Position numbers and translations under genes: made by a program | From: Candidatus Oxydemutatoraceae bacterium | GTDB lineage: Bacteria; Pseudomonadota; Gammaproteobacteria; Poriferisulfidales; Oxydemutatoraceae | DNA: 64,000 bases | Assembly: GCA_965219575.1 (NCBI GenBank) | Contig: OZ244779.1 | Location: forward strand, 2,156,769 to 2,220,768 | Direction: 5' to 3' | Notes under the pieces: generated by a model | Seen by the model: only the letters and a program-made list of their open reading frames with translations | Database searches by the model: none | What the model was told of the DNA's origin: nothing | Shown here: in pieces, positions 21,557 through 30,633 of the stretch | Numbering within the stretch: the first letter of the stretch is position 1 | How the letters are laid out: every line of letters starts with the position of its first letter

Positions 21557-22461
21557 AACTTCTCCGCAACTCTGAGACGCGCGCTACGCGCACGCGGATT
21601 TCTTTTGATCTCCTCGTCGGTGGGTCTGATTAGGTGATTGATTTTTTTAAGTTTTATAGTCTCTGTGTAGTTTTCCGGATGCGGTAGACCGCGCACCGTT
21701 GCCGGTGCCTGACTATGTTTTTTAATAAATTGTTTGACGATGCGGTCTTCCAAAGAATGAAATGCAATGACTGCAAGCCGACCGCCGCTGTGTAGCAAAT
21801 CCAAAACACTATCGAGTGCTTTCGATAAATCTTCAAGTTCTTGATTGATAAAAAGACGTATTGCAAGAAAGGTGCAGGTGGCTGGATGATGATTTCTTCC
21901 AGCCGAACCTGCAATTGTCCGAACTAATTGTTTAGTGGTCAGGAGGGGGAGACCACCGACGATTGCTCGGGCAAATCTTTTAGCATGAGGTTCCTCTCCG
22001 TAAAATCTTAATACATACTCTATTTCTTCTACGCTCGCTTGATTCAACCATTGTGCTGCAGTAATACCTTTAGAAGTATCCATCCGCATATCAAGCGGTC
22101 CGTCTAAGTCGAAGCTAAATCCCCTCTCTCCTGTATTTAATTGATAAGATGATACACCTAAATCAAAAAAAATTCCACTAATTTTATTCTTAATATTCAA
22201 TTTTTTTAATAATTGCCCTAAATTCGCATTAGATTCTCTTCTGAATTCAAAACGTTCGTCAGCCATCCAGTGCGATTTTGCATGCTTTTCGGCCTCCAAA
22301 TCCTTATCGTAAGCGAAAAGTCTGCCCTTATCGCTCAAACGGGCTAATACTGCGGCACTATGCCCGCCTCGTCCATAAGTTGCATCTATATACCAACCAT
22401 CTTTGTCTATATTCATGGCTTCCAACAACTCTTTCAACATCACCGGTTCGTGTTCCTTCAT
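21553..22461 (-). CDS. rsmH: 16S rRNA m4C1402 methyltransferase
   Basis: HEPVML, DATYGRGGHS, DLGVSSYQL, GPLDMRMD, FHSLEDRIVK, NPRARSARLR. Confidence 0.97.
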   Translation of the reverse strand: MKEHEPVMLKELLEAMNIDKDGWYIDATYGRGGHSAAVLARLSDKGRLFAYDKDLEAEKHAKSHWMADERFEFRRESNANLGQLLKKLNIKNKISGIFFDLGVSSYQLNTGERGFSFDLDGPLDMRMDTSKGITAAQWLNQASVEEIEYVLRFYGEEPHAKRFARAIVGGLPLLTTKQLVRTIAGSAGRNHHPATCTFLAIRLFINQELEDLSKALDSVLDLLHSGGRLAVIAFHSLEDRIVKQFIKKHSQAPATVRGLPHPENYTETIKLKKINHLIRPTDEEIKRNPRARSARLRVAEKL

Positions 22462-22469
22462 TGCATTAG

Positions 22470-22928
22470 CTAAAAACGAAAATCCTTGAGTTTCGAATCC
22501 GCATCCTCGGTATCTATCTCTTTCATCTGTCCTTCCCTATATTCATCCCAGATCTTTTGATCCCATAACTCAAACCTGTTTATTACACCGAGCAACACAC
22601 ACGACTTTTTAATTCTCATATCCTTACGCAAAGAGGGAGATAATAAAATACGTCCATTATTATCGGGCTTACATTCGGTGGCATGACTCAACATCATACG
22701 CTGCACATAGCCTTCTTTCCCGACTGACGGCAATTTTTGCAGCCGCTTTTCAACCGTTATCCAATCAGGCTTTGGGTAGATTAATATAGAACATTGGATT
22801 GCACTCGCAGTCACAACTAGATTGCTATTACACTTTTGTAATTCATGCCGATATTTGGAAGGGATGCCGATACGACCTTTAGTATCGACCGTGACATTAT
22901 TGACGCCCCCCAATTTTGTTTCGGACAT
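22470..22928 (-). CDS. mraZ: Transcriptional regulator MraZ
   Basis: Two AbrB-like motifs (VDTKGRIGIP, PDNNGRILL) and FELWD. First gene of the dcw cluster; start trimmed to MSETK. Confidence 0.92.
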   Translation of the reverse strand: MSETKLGGVNNVTVDTKGRIGIPSKYRHELQKCNSNLVVTASAIQCSILIYPKPDWITVEKRLQKLPSVGKEGYVQRMMLSHATECKPDNNGRILLSPSLRKDMRIKKSCVLLGVINRFELWDQKIWDEYREGQMKEIDTEDADSKLKDFRF

Positions 22929-22978
22929 AGTAAATATCCCTCCCGGTACTAAATAAACTCTTGTTAAGGGGTAACATA

Positions 22979-23013
22979 CCACAAAAAACTACTTTTCACC
23001 ACAAAAAACTACT
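22979..23013 (-). promoter_or_regulatory. Putative MraZ operator: four GT(G/A)G boxes at 10-bp period
   Basis: Minus strand reads GTAG-TTTTTT-GTGG-TGAAAA-GTAG-TTTTTT-GTGG upstream of mraZ. This matches the known GTGG-N6 MraZ-box architecture. Confidence 0.7.
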
Positions 23014-23115
23014 CTTTGTGTAAGCGCAAAGTAGTAATGTCACCTTTCGCCAAAGTAGAAATGTCACCTTTAGGGGACAATAAAGCATTTTTAACCCAGC
23101 TTAGGAGAAGATGCA

Positions 23116-24426
23116 ATGAACGAAGGAACTTACTCTATGTCAGACAAAGAAATAGAACGCCACCATGTCCTCAAGCGATGCTTGGAGGAAAAATTACCGA
23201 GAGCCAAGGCCGCACAGATGCTCAACATCAGCGTCCGCCATGTGAAGCGATTATTAAGTGCCTATCGCAAGCAAGATATCAAGGCACTGATATCTAAACG
23301 ACGCGGTAAGCCTTCAAACAATAAAATACCGGAGACAATCAAACAACTAGCCGTTAAGCTCATTCGTGAGAACTATCACGATTTCGGACCGACTTTTGCA
23401 CATGAGCAGTTGTTTGAATGTCATGGGCATTTATTTGACCGCTCATTCAGCGTTGAAACCTTGCGCAAGTGGATGATTGCAGAGGGGCTACACCAGGGTA
23501 AGCGACGCAATGCAATCAAAACGCATCAAAGCCGTCCCAGACAAACTGGCTTCGGCAAACTCATACAGATTGACGGTTCGACCCACGATTGGTTTGAAGG
23601 GCGAGGCGACCCCTGCACGCTCATTATATTTATTGACGATGCCACCTCACAGATTACCGCATTGCATTTCTGTGCTGCCGAGACCACCTTTGATTATATG
23701 CGAACACTCAAACAGCATATCCAACGCCATGGCTGCCCGTTGTGCCTGTATTCCGACCGCCATAGCATCTTTAGCAACAATGCCAAAGAGCAACACATCT
23801 TTCAACAACCGACCCAGTTCCAAAGTGCTTTGCAACAAATGGAAATTGAACTATGCCTGGCACGCACACCGCAAGCTAAAGGACGCGTTGAACGCGCATT
23901 CAAAACCCTGCAAGACCGATGGGTCAAACTCATGAGGCTTCACAACATCTGCTCTATTGAGGAAGCTAACCAGTTTGCTCAATGGTATCTCCCAAAACAC
24001 AATCAGCAGTTCGCCACGAAGCCTCTAGACAGCCACGACTATCATCGCAAAATGCCTCTCACCCAGCGAGAATTAGCACTGGCTTTGTCTAAACAGAGTA
24101 CTAGAAAGTTATCGAAAAACCTCATCTGTCAGCATCATAATATACAGTATCTTATCAAAACCAAGAAACCCGGTTATGCGATGCGTGGCGCATCGGTCAC
24201 CGTGTGCGAGCTACTCAATGGCGAGATTGTCATACTCTACAAAGGGCGGGAGTTGGCGCATGATATCTACTGCGAACACCCCCCACTGTCTCAACCGTAC
24301 AACGACAAAACAATCAATCTAGCGGTAGATGAGATTGTGGCAAAACACCGTCGCGGTCATAAGCCGAAGCCGACCCACCCGTGGAGACGCTACAATAAGG
24401 ATTATCTCAGTGCCAAGCAGAAGTAA
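23116..24426 (+). CDS. DDE transposase (ISNCY/IS1202 group)
   Basis: HTH (AAQMLNISVRHVKRL), DFGPTFAHEQL, LIQIDGSTHDWFE, FIDDATS, LYSDRHSIF, PQAKGRVERAFKTLQDR, C-terminal HPWR. Confidence 0.93.
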   Translation: MNEGTYSMSDKEIERHHVLKRCLEEKLPRAKAAQMLNISVRHVKRLLSAYRKQDIKALISKRRGKPSNNKIPETIKQLAVKLIRENYHDFGPTFAHEQLFECHGHLFDRSFSVETLRKWMIAEGLHQGKRRNAIKTHQSRPRQTGFGKLIQIDGSTHDWFEGRGDPCTLIIFIDDATSQITALHFCAAETTFDYMRTLKQHIQRHGCPLCLYSDRHSIFSNNAKEQHIFQQPTQFQSALQQMEIELCLARTPQAKGRVERAFKTLQDRWVKLMRLHNICSIEEANQFAQWYLPKHNQQFATKPLDSHDYHRKMPLTQRELALALSKQSTRKLSKNLICQHHNIQYLIKTKKPGYAMRGASVTVCELLNGEIVILYKGRELAHDIYCEHPPLSQPYNDKTINLAVDEIVAKHRRGHKPKPTHPWRRYNKDYLSAKQK

Positions 24427-24531
24427 TCAGAACCGGTGTTTTCCCAGACTTACGCACAGGCTGTCTAACATGCCTGTGCCACTGCAAACGCATCATTCGT
24501 CAAACCACGAGATAGCAACCGAGCACCACAC

Positions 24532-24789
24532 ACGCTCTAAAATGCTTGGGAATTGGAAGGTAGTAGAGTTCATCTCAACTAGAGATCGTCTCTTAACGGC
24601 ACGCTATAGAGCTTGTTTTTTAGTCGGCAAGCCTGATTTAGGCAAAAACAAGCACTGGCACCGCATACGCTCTAAAATGCTTGGAAATTGGAAGGTAGTA
24701 GAGTTCATCTCAACTAGAGATCGTCTCTTAACGGCACGCTATGGGGCTTGTTTTTTAGTCGGCAAGCCTGATTTAGGCAAAAACAAGCA
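24532..24789. repeat. Tandem ~123-bp direct repeat (period 135 bp) inside the IS 3' non-coding region
   Basis: 24532-24654 and 24667-24789 are nearly identical. Each ends in a GCTTGTTTTT...AAAAACAAGC stem. Confidence 0.9.
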
Positions 24790-24975
24790 GTATTAGCCAA
24801 TTTATCACCTAGTCGAATAATCAACTAACGGACATAAAGTAATCTTAGATATCTAGTTTCCTGAAGGTTTTATCGGCATCAAGGGTGACATTTCTACTTT
24901 GGTCAAGGGGGTGACATTTCTACTTTGGGTTGACACAAAAAACTACTCTTTGTAAGCACAAAGTAGAAATGTCAA

Positions 24976-25125
24976 GCTGTTGAAAAAGTATCCACGAACT
25001 GTAGGACGGTACATTCCCCTCCTTTGGAGGGGTGGCAGGCGCAGCCTGACGGGGTGGTCGCTGGGGTTTTGCACAATGTTACGCCGATTGACCTATCGGG
25101 CAGACATATCAGTCTGCCCCTACAA
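24976..25125. repeat. Mosaic intergenic repeat, copy 3
   Basis: GCTGTTGAAAAAGTATCCACGAACT..CCCCTCCTTTGGAGGGG..AGCCTGACGGGGTGGTCGCTGGGG, followed by the REP-like GGGCAGAC..GTCTGCCCCTAC. Confidence 0.8.
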
Positions 25126-25143
25126 GCTCATTCGGCGGCTCTC

Positions 25144-25782
25144 TTATTCTACAAATAACCAGGGTGCGCTTTTCTTGCGTTTTGCTTCGAAGGCGCGGAT
25201 TTTGTCGGCATGCTTTAAGGTTAAGGCGATTTGGTCTAATCCTTCCAACAAGCAGTGTTTGTCAAAATCGGTAATGTCAAAATGCCATTGCGATTGTGTG
25301 TCGTTGACGGTTTGGTTGTAGAGATTTATCGTCAGACGATAATTGGGATCGCTTGTCGTATTTTTGAACAAGGTTGTGATTGCGTCGGTATCTAATACCA
25401 CGGGCAGAAAGCCGTTTTTGATTGCGTTGTTATAGAAAATATCGGCAAAACCGGGAGCAACGGCTACTTTTAGCCCGTAGTCCATCATCGCCCAAACTGC
25501 GTGTTCGCGTGAGGAACCACAACCGAAGTTGGCACCGGTCAATAGGACTTGAGCTTGCTTATAGTGAGGATCGTTGAATATGCAGTCGGGGTTGCGGCGT
25601 CTTGTTGCGTTATCTAGTGTTAGATCGCCGGGGTCTAGGTACCGCCAATCGTCAAATAGGTAGGGACCTAAACCGGTGCGTTTGACCGATTTTAAGTATT
25701 GCTTGGGAATGATGACATCGGTATCTACATTGGTTCGGTCCAGCGGTATCACGATGCTTTCAATACGCTCGAATTTCTGCAT
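25144..25782 (-). CDS. leuD: 3-isopropylmalate dehydratase small subunit
   Basis: NVDTDVIIPKQYLK, NFGCGSSREHAVWA, FADIFYNN. Start at MQKFE, overlapping the leuC stop. Confidence 0.96.
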   Translation of the reverse strand: MQKFERIESIVIPLDRTNVDTDVIIPKQYLKSVKRTGLGPYLFDDWRYLDPGDLTLDNATRRRNPDCIFNDPHYKQAQVLLTGANFGCGSSREHAVWAMMDYGLKVAVAPGFADIFYNNAIKNGFLPVVLDTDAITTLFKNTTSDPNYRLTINLYNQTVNDTQSQWHFDITDFDKHCLLEGLDQIALTLKHADKIRAFEAKRKKSAPWLFVE

Positions 25783-27194
25783 TAGTCTATATCCCAATCG
25801 CGTATGTCGGTAAAATGCCCTTCGATAGCCGCCGCCGCCGCCATCGCCGGGCTGACCAGGTGGGTGCGACCCCCTTGACCTTGACGACCTTCAAAGTTGC
25901 GGTTGGAAGTAGAAGCGCACCGCTCTCCGCGATCGAGGCGGTCGTCGTTCATGCCTAAACACATCGAACAGCCCGGCTCGCGCCACTCAAAGCCGGCGCG
26001 TGTGAAAATAGCATCCAGACCCTCCTCCTCGGCTTGGTGTTTGACCAAACCCGATCCCGGAACGACGATTGCTTGTTTGATATTGCCGGCAAGTTTCTTA
26101 CCGTTGACGACTTGCGCAACAATGCGCAAATCCTCAATTCTGGAATTCGTACACGAACCTATAAATATCTTATCCAGCTTGATGTCTTGCATTGCGGTGC
26201 CGGGGTGCAAATCCATATAAGCCAATGCTTGTTGCCAATTCTTCGCTTTATTCGGGTCACTTTGTTCACTCGGATCCGGGACTGCATCGTTGACCGGAAC
26301 CACCATTTCCGGCGATGTCCCCCAAGTCACCTGGGGCGGCACGGTGCTTGCGTCTATCGCGTGTTCGGTATCGAACATCGCATCGTCGTCGGAGTGCAGC
26401 GTTGCCCAACTATCGAGTGCTCGTTCCCATAATGCGCCTTGCGGTGCAAACGGGCGGTCTTTGAGATAAGCCTCGGTACAACGGTCAAAGGCAATCAAGC
26501 CGGCGCGCGCACCGGCTTCTATCGTCATATTACAAATCGTCATACGACCTTCCATCGATAAGTTGTCGATCACATCACCGCTGTATTCGATTGCATAACC
26601 GCTACCACCGGCAGTGCCGATGCGACCGATAATAGCCAATATCAAGTCTTTAGAATTGATGCCCATAGCTAAAGCACCCTCTATATTGATACGCATATTC
26701 TTGAGCTTGGCGGTTTTCAAGCACTGGGTTGCAAATACATGTTCAACATCGGAAGTGCCTATGCCCATTGCCAATGTCGCAAAAGCCCCGTGCGTTGAAG
26801 TATGCGAATCACCGCAAACGATTGTCATTCCCGGTAGCGTGGCACCCTGCTCGGGACCGATTACATGGACGATGCCTTGGCGCATATCACCAAGTGGATA
26901 ATACTTGAGACCGTGCTTGGTGCAATTTTGTGCAAGCGTCTCCAACTGTAAACGAGAAATCGGATCTGCGATAGCGGCGTGCTGGTTGCGGGTCGGTACA
27001 TTATGATCCGGCACTGCGATAATCGCATCCTTGCGCCACAAACTGCGATTAGACAGTGCCAAACCTTCAAACGCTTGAGGCGATGTCACCTCGTGCACCA
27101 GATGTCTATCTATGTAGATCAAGGCATTGCCGGCGGCATCTTCCAAAACCAAGTGGTCCTGCCATAGTTTGTCGTAAAGCGTTATTCCTGCCAT
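25782..27194 (-). CDS. leuC: 3-isopropylmalate dehydratase large subunit
   Basis: [55 protein letters not shown]. Confidence 0.97.
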   Translation of the reverse strand: MAGITLYDKLWQDHLVLEDAAGNALIYIDRHLVHEVTSPQAFEGLALSNRSLWRKDAIIAVPDHNVPTRNQHAAIADPISRLQLETLAQNCTKHGLKYYPLGDMRQGIVHVIGPEQGATLPGMTIVCGDSHTSTHGAFATLAMGIGTSDVEHVFATQCLKTAKLKNMRINIEGALAMGINSKDLILAIIGRIGTAGGSGYAIEYSGDVIDNLSMEGRMTICNMTIEAGARAGLIAFDRCTEAYLKDRPFAPQGALWERALDSWATLHSDDDAMFDTEHAIDASTVPPQVTWGTSPEMVVPVNDAVPDPSEQSDPNKAKNWQQALAYMDLHPGTAMQDIKLDKIFIGSCTNSRIEDLRIVAQVVNGKKLAGNIKQAIVVPGSGLVKHQAEEEGLDAIFTRAGFEWREPGCSMCLGMNDDRLDRGERCASTSNRNFEGRQGQGGRTHLVSPAMAAAAAIEGHFTDIRDWDID

Positions 27195-27259
27195 CGTGTT
27201 AATCTTTATGAGAGAAGGGTTAGGTGCATGCGCACCACAATAAATTATACGGCTAACGG

Positions 27260-27661
27260 TTAATTTTTAGCCCGATCCATAATGGCTTGTGTCGTAATTA
27301 GTATAATACCTGCCAGCCCAATGCCTATGCTTGAATAGCTATGTCCTTCTAATGCGAGATAACCGGCAACCAATATACCGAGTACCCCTATGAAAAATGC
27401 CATATACTGACCGCGACATCTCTCCCGACTGACAACTTTTAAGGTCTCTTTGTCTATTTCGTATGCGTGGTTGTGCGCGTTCTCGGCCATTTTTATAATG
27501 CGCTCCGCGGAACCGGGTATATACTCCTCATATTTAGCTAGCTAATCGGGAGACGGTAGCGGCCCCTGATGAATCTGTCCAATTAGTTGCGGAGAGGAAG
27601 ATACACTTTTATTGTCGTGAACTTGCGCTATGTTCTTTTTCTTTTTGCTCTTGCTGCTCAT
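27260..27661 (-). pseudogene. DUF2335-like membrane protein with in-frame TAG at codon 40
   Basis: From the ATG at 27661: MSSKSKKKK...QGPLPSPD*LAKYEEYIPGSAERIIKMAE, then two TM helices. The GPLP...YE..PG.AERI..MAE signature spans the stop at 27542-27544. Confidence 0.78.
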
Positions 27662-27827
27662 AGTCCCCTATCGCATCGTGGAGTGCACGCCCTACGGAAT
27701 TCCATACTAAATAATGTATTTCCTCGGCACTCTTGGGGCGAGGATATGCTCTCGGTATTATTAGAGACTTTGCTCCTTTAGCCATCAATTTTATATTCAT
27801 TTGCATCAAGTATCCTGGATAAGTCAA
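27609..27827 (-). CDS. Small hypothetical protein overlapping the start of the DUF2335-like gene
   Basis: 72-aa ORF with WNSVGRALHDAIGDYE, resembling (from recall) small genes that precede DUF2335 genes. Confidence 0.45.
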   Translation of the reverse strand: MTYPGYLMQMNIKLMAKGAKSLIIPRAYPRPKSAEEIHYLVWNSVGRALHDAIGDYEQQEQKEKEHSASSRQ

Positions 27828-27912
27828 AGTTGATGATTATTATATCTTAAAAATAAAGAAAAGTCTGCCGATTGAGTCGGTAGTTCAGCACATTGGGATA
27901 GTCCGCTCGTTC

Positions 27913-28128
27913 TCAATGGGCATCGGGATTATAAAAAGCTGCTTTTATTGATTTTTTCTTAGGCCAAAAAGTCATATCGGGGTGTTTTTGGTGCAGTTCT
28001 TCCACACGTTTTTTAGCCTCGCCGAAGGTCATCTCTTCATCGTAATAGCCGGATTCAAACTTATATTTATATCTCCAGCCTATCACGAAACCGGGTTCGT
28101 CATTTTTATGATGTAGGGTATCCTCCAT
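27913..28128 (-). CDS. Hypothetical protein (71 aa)
   Basis: GGAG RBS, protein-like composition, co-oriented with the dapA-bamC run. Confidence 0.7.
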   Translation of the reverse strand: MEDTLHHKNDEPGFVIGWRYKYKFESGYYDEEMTFGEAKKRVEELHQKHPDMTFWPKKKSIKAAFYNPDAH

Positions 28129-28195
28129 TTTTATACTCCGTTATCCTTATTGCTTCGATTCAAATTGATACATTTTGATACATTTGTTCGGCGTT

Positions 28196-28600
28196 TTATT
28201 TTTTGCGCCGCACTTTGTGCGACTCGATGTCGGTTTTTACCTGCTCGCAAGGTATACTCTCAATTCCACCGTATTGTGCGTACAACTGCGTGAGCAACGA
28301 TGAAATGTCTACGATATTCTGCCGTGTATCGCCGAGCAGTCTTTGTAAACCTAAAAGACCGCCGTATTGCACCTTAATATAGAGACTTTGTGGTACTTTC
28401 GCTATATCGTCTTTGACACCGAAAGCATCCAAACCGACTTGCTTCAGATGTTCGTAGAGTTCGCAGCAATGCCGACTGGCAGAGTCCGATTGGCAAACAA
28501 CTGCCGCACCGTTGCGTTGTGTCACTTCAACTCCCAAGGTGCAAGCGAAATCGTTCTTGATTTGAGGCACCTGAAAGGGGCATTTATGCTCTTCCATCAA
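28196..28600 (-). CDS. Cys-containing hypothetical protein (CPF...GGLLGLQ type)
   Basis: Start overlaps the bamC stop; several Cys plus KVQYGGLLGLQ. Confidence 0.75.
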   Translation of the reverse strand: MMEEHKCPFQVPQIKNDFACTLGVEVTQRNGAAVVCQSDSASRHCCELYEHLKQVGLDAFGVKDDIAKVPQSLYIKVQYGGLLGLQRLLGDTRQNIVDISSLLTQLYAQYGGIESIPCEQVKTDIESHKVRRKK

Positions 28601-29640
28601 GACCCCAAAGTCGGTTGATACGCCATCACAACCCGTTGTAATACGCGTTGAGCGAGGGCATAAGGTATTTTTTGTCGGTCTCTATTCGGATGTACGGTCA
28701 CGATCGTGCGGTTGTCGCTACCTAGAACATGCAACTGTACTAAAGCTCTATCGATGTCGATATTATCTATCGTGTCGTTACGGTCGGCAGGCGTTGTCCG
28801 ATATTCGATCAAATAGATGCCGCGACTACGATCGCTTGCGCGCACATTCATCCCCGAGCGTCTCAGTGCCACATTTAGGCGCCGCCATACTTTGCTAAAC
28901 GATTGCCCTATTTCAAGAATCGCCGCCCCTTGCGCATTGCGAATACGAAGCAATGTTTTGATATCGTCTAAGGATGCCATTTGAGGATTAGCTATTTCCC
29001 TATTACGCGCAAGATAGTCCTTAAACTTAAACAAAAGCAATCTTTCCAAATACGGATCGGGCGGCAGCATCCGCCATGTGCTGCCTACATAGCCCGCTTC
29101 GAGTACCGAAAAGAAGACATTGGTGATTGCGTTGGGTTCGCGCTCCAGATTAACTCGTAGTTGATTGCGCACTCTGATTAAACCACCGCGTTTATGGTCT
29201 ACGTTTAATTGACGTTCTCGCCAAGTGGTTTCCATATTGCCGGCAGTAGGATCACTTGCGCTCAGCTCGAATCCACTGCGCTGCAGGAAGCTCTGTAATT
29301 CGGGCCATAGGGTCACCGGATCTACATCCACCGATAGCCATACCACATCGCCTTCGCGCCGAATGCGTAAATCCAAGCGCTCGGGCAATACATAGCTGTC
29401 AAAAGCCATATCGGACATGCTGATATTATCGCTACCCGGCAGACCTAGGTTCTTTGAAGCATCCAACGAAGCCAAATCGGGTGGCACCTCCAGAGAATCG
29501 TTATCCTCTCCCATATAAACCCCCTCACCTAAGCCCGGCAAACCGAACTCTATATCATCCATAAAAGAGTAGCTGTCGAATGAACAAGCACTCAAAAGTA
29601 AACAACAACAAACGATCAATACGCAGTTCTTAATTCCCAT
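28597..29640 (-). CDS. bamC: Outer membrane protein assembly lipoprotein BamC/NlpB
   Basis: Lipobox LLSAC, SLEVPPDL, GNMETTW, DRSRGIYLI. Conserved position directly after dapA. Confidence 0.85.
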   Translation of the reverse strand: MGIKNCVLIVCCCLLLSACSFDSYSFMDDIEFGLPGLGEGVYMGEDNDSLEVPPDLASLDASKNLGLPGSDNISMSDMAFDSYVLPERLDLRIRREGDVVWLSVDVDPVTLWPELQSFLQRSGFELSASDPTAGNMETTWRERQLNVDHKRGGLIRVRNQLRVNLEREPNAITNVFFSVLEAGYVGSTWRMLPPDPYLERLLLFKFKDYLARNREIANPQMASLDDIKTLLRIRNAQGAAILEIGQSFSKVWRRLNVALRRSGMNVRASDRSRGIYLIEYRTTPADRNDTIDNIDIDRALVQLHVLGSDNRTIVTVHPNRDRQKIPYALAQRVLQRVVMAYQPTLGS

Positions 29641-30518
29641 TATTCAATACCTGCGTGCTTCATTGCGTCGCTTAGTGCCTTATGGTGCACCTCCGACAAA
29701 GTGGTCAGCGGTAGACGTATCCTCTCGGAGATTAAGCCCATCCGTGTCAATGCCCACTTAACGGGAATGGGGTTTGATTCAAGAAATAGTGCTTTGTGCA
29801 GAGGTTGTAAAACTCGGTCTATCTCCTCGGCACGCTCGCGATCACCCGCTAAGGCAGCTTCGCATAATCGGTGCATCAACGCCGGTGCCACATTGGCGGT
29901 CACCGAAATGACACCCTCGGCACCCCGCAATATCGCCTCCGCCGCAAGTGCGTCTTCACCGCTATAGATTGCGAACTCGTTGTCACATAAATGACGAATC
30001 TCTTGCATACGATCCAACGACACGGTCTCTTTGATGCCGACGATGCCGTCGATTTCGGACAAACGCTTGACGGTTTCGGGGAGCATGTCGCATGCGGTCC
30101 TACCGGGAATATTATAGAGTATCAGAGGAATTTGAACTGTGGCGGCGATCATTTCAAAGTGTTGATAAAGTCCCTCTTGAGTCGGTTTGTTGTAATAGGG
30201 TGTTACCAACAGACAGGCATCGGCACCGTCTTGCTCGGCGGATAAAGTGAGTGCCGCAGCTTCGGCGGAGGAATTGGAACCGGTGCCGGCGATTATCGGC
30301 ACACGATTTCGCGCATGCTTAACCGCAATGCGTATGACTTTGCAGTGATCTTTATAATTCATTGTAGCCGACTCACCGGTAGTGCCGGCTACCACGATCG
30401 CATCGGTTCCGTTTTGTATATGAAACTCTATTAAATTCTTAAACGACTGATAATCTATGTCGCCCTCTACCATCGGGCTTACAATCGCAACCATACTGCC
30501 TTGAAATTTTATCGTCAC
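29640..30518 (-). CDS. dapA: 4-hydroxy-tetrahydrodipicolinate synthase
   Basis: GTTGESAT, TPYYNKP, LYNIPGRT, GIKE, ESNPIPVK. Confidence 0.97.
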   Translation of the reverse strand: MTIKFQGSMVAIVSPMVEGDIDYQSFKNLIEFHIQNGTDAIVVAGTTGESATMNYKDHCKVIRIAVKHARNRVPIIAGTGSNSSAEAAALTLSAEQDGADACLLVTPYYNKPTQEGLYQHFEMIAATVQIPLILYNIPGRTACDMLPETVKRLSEIDGIVGIKETVSLDRMQEIRHLCDNEFAIYSGEDALAAEAILRGAEGVISVTANVAPALMHRLCEAALAGDRERAEEIDRVLQPLHKALFLESNPIPVKWALTRMGLISERIRLPLTTLSEVHHKALSDAMKHAGIE

Positions 30519-30633
30519 TGCTCCTTAAATCTATCAATTTCTAAATGGGAATTTGTCTTACAATTTTATCACCCGTTAAGGCAACTTAAGGCAACCTTTA
30601 GTTCCTATTATACTGCTATTTATACCGACATAG

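Larger units (their letters stand above)
23019..24935 (+). mobile_element. Insertion sequence, IS1202/ISNCY-type, ~1.9 kb, with 17-bp target-site duplication
   Basis: IRL TGTAAGCGCAAAGTAGTAATGTCACC at 23019; IRR (reverse complement) TGTCAACCCAAAGTAGAAATGTCACC ending at 24935. Each end has a second internal AAAGTAGAAATGTCACC repeat. Direct repeat CAAAAAACTACTCTTTG at 23002-23018 and 24936-24952. Confidence 0.93.

Noticed and set aside
24329-24796. 155-aa ORF with an internal duplication
   Set aside because: Overlaps the transposase end and reads through the 135-bp repeat; no recognisable protein features.
30576-30597. TTAAGGCAAC tandem repeat upstream of dapA
   Set aside because: Only two short copies in AT-rich DNA, with no supporting evidence of function.
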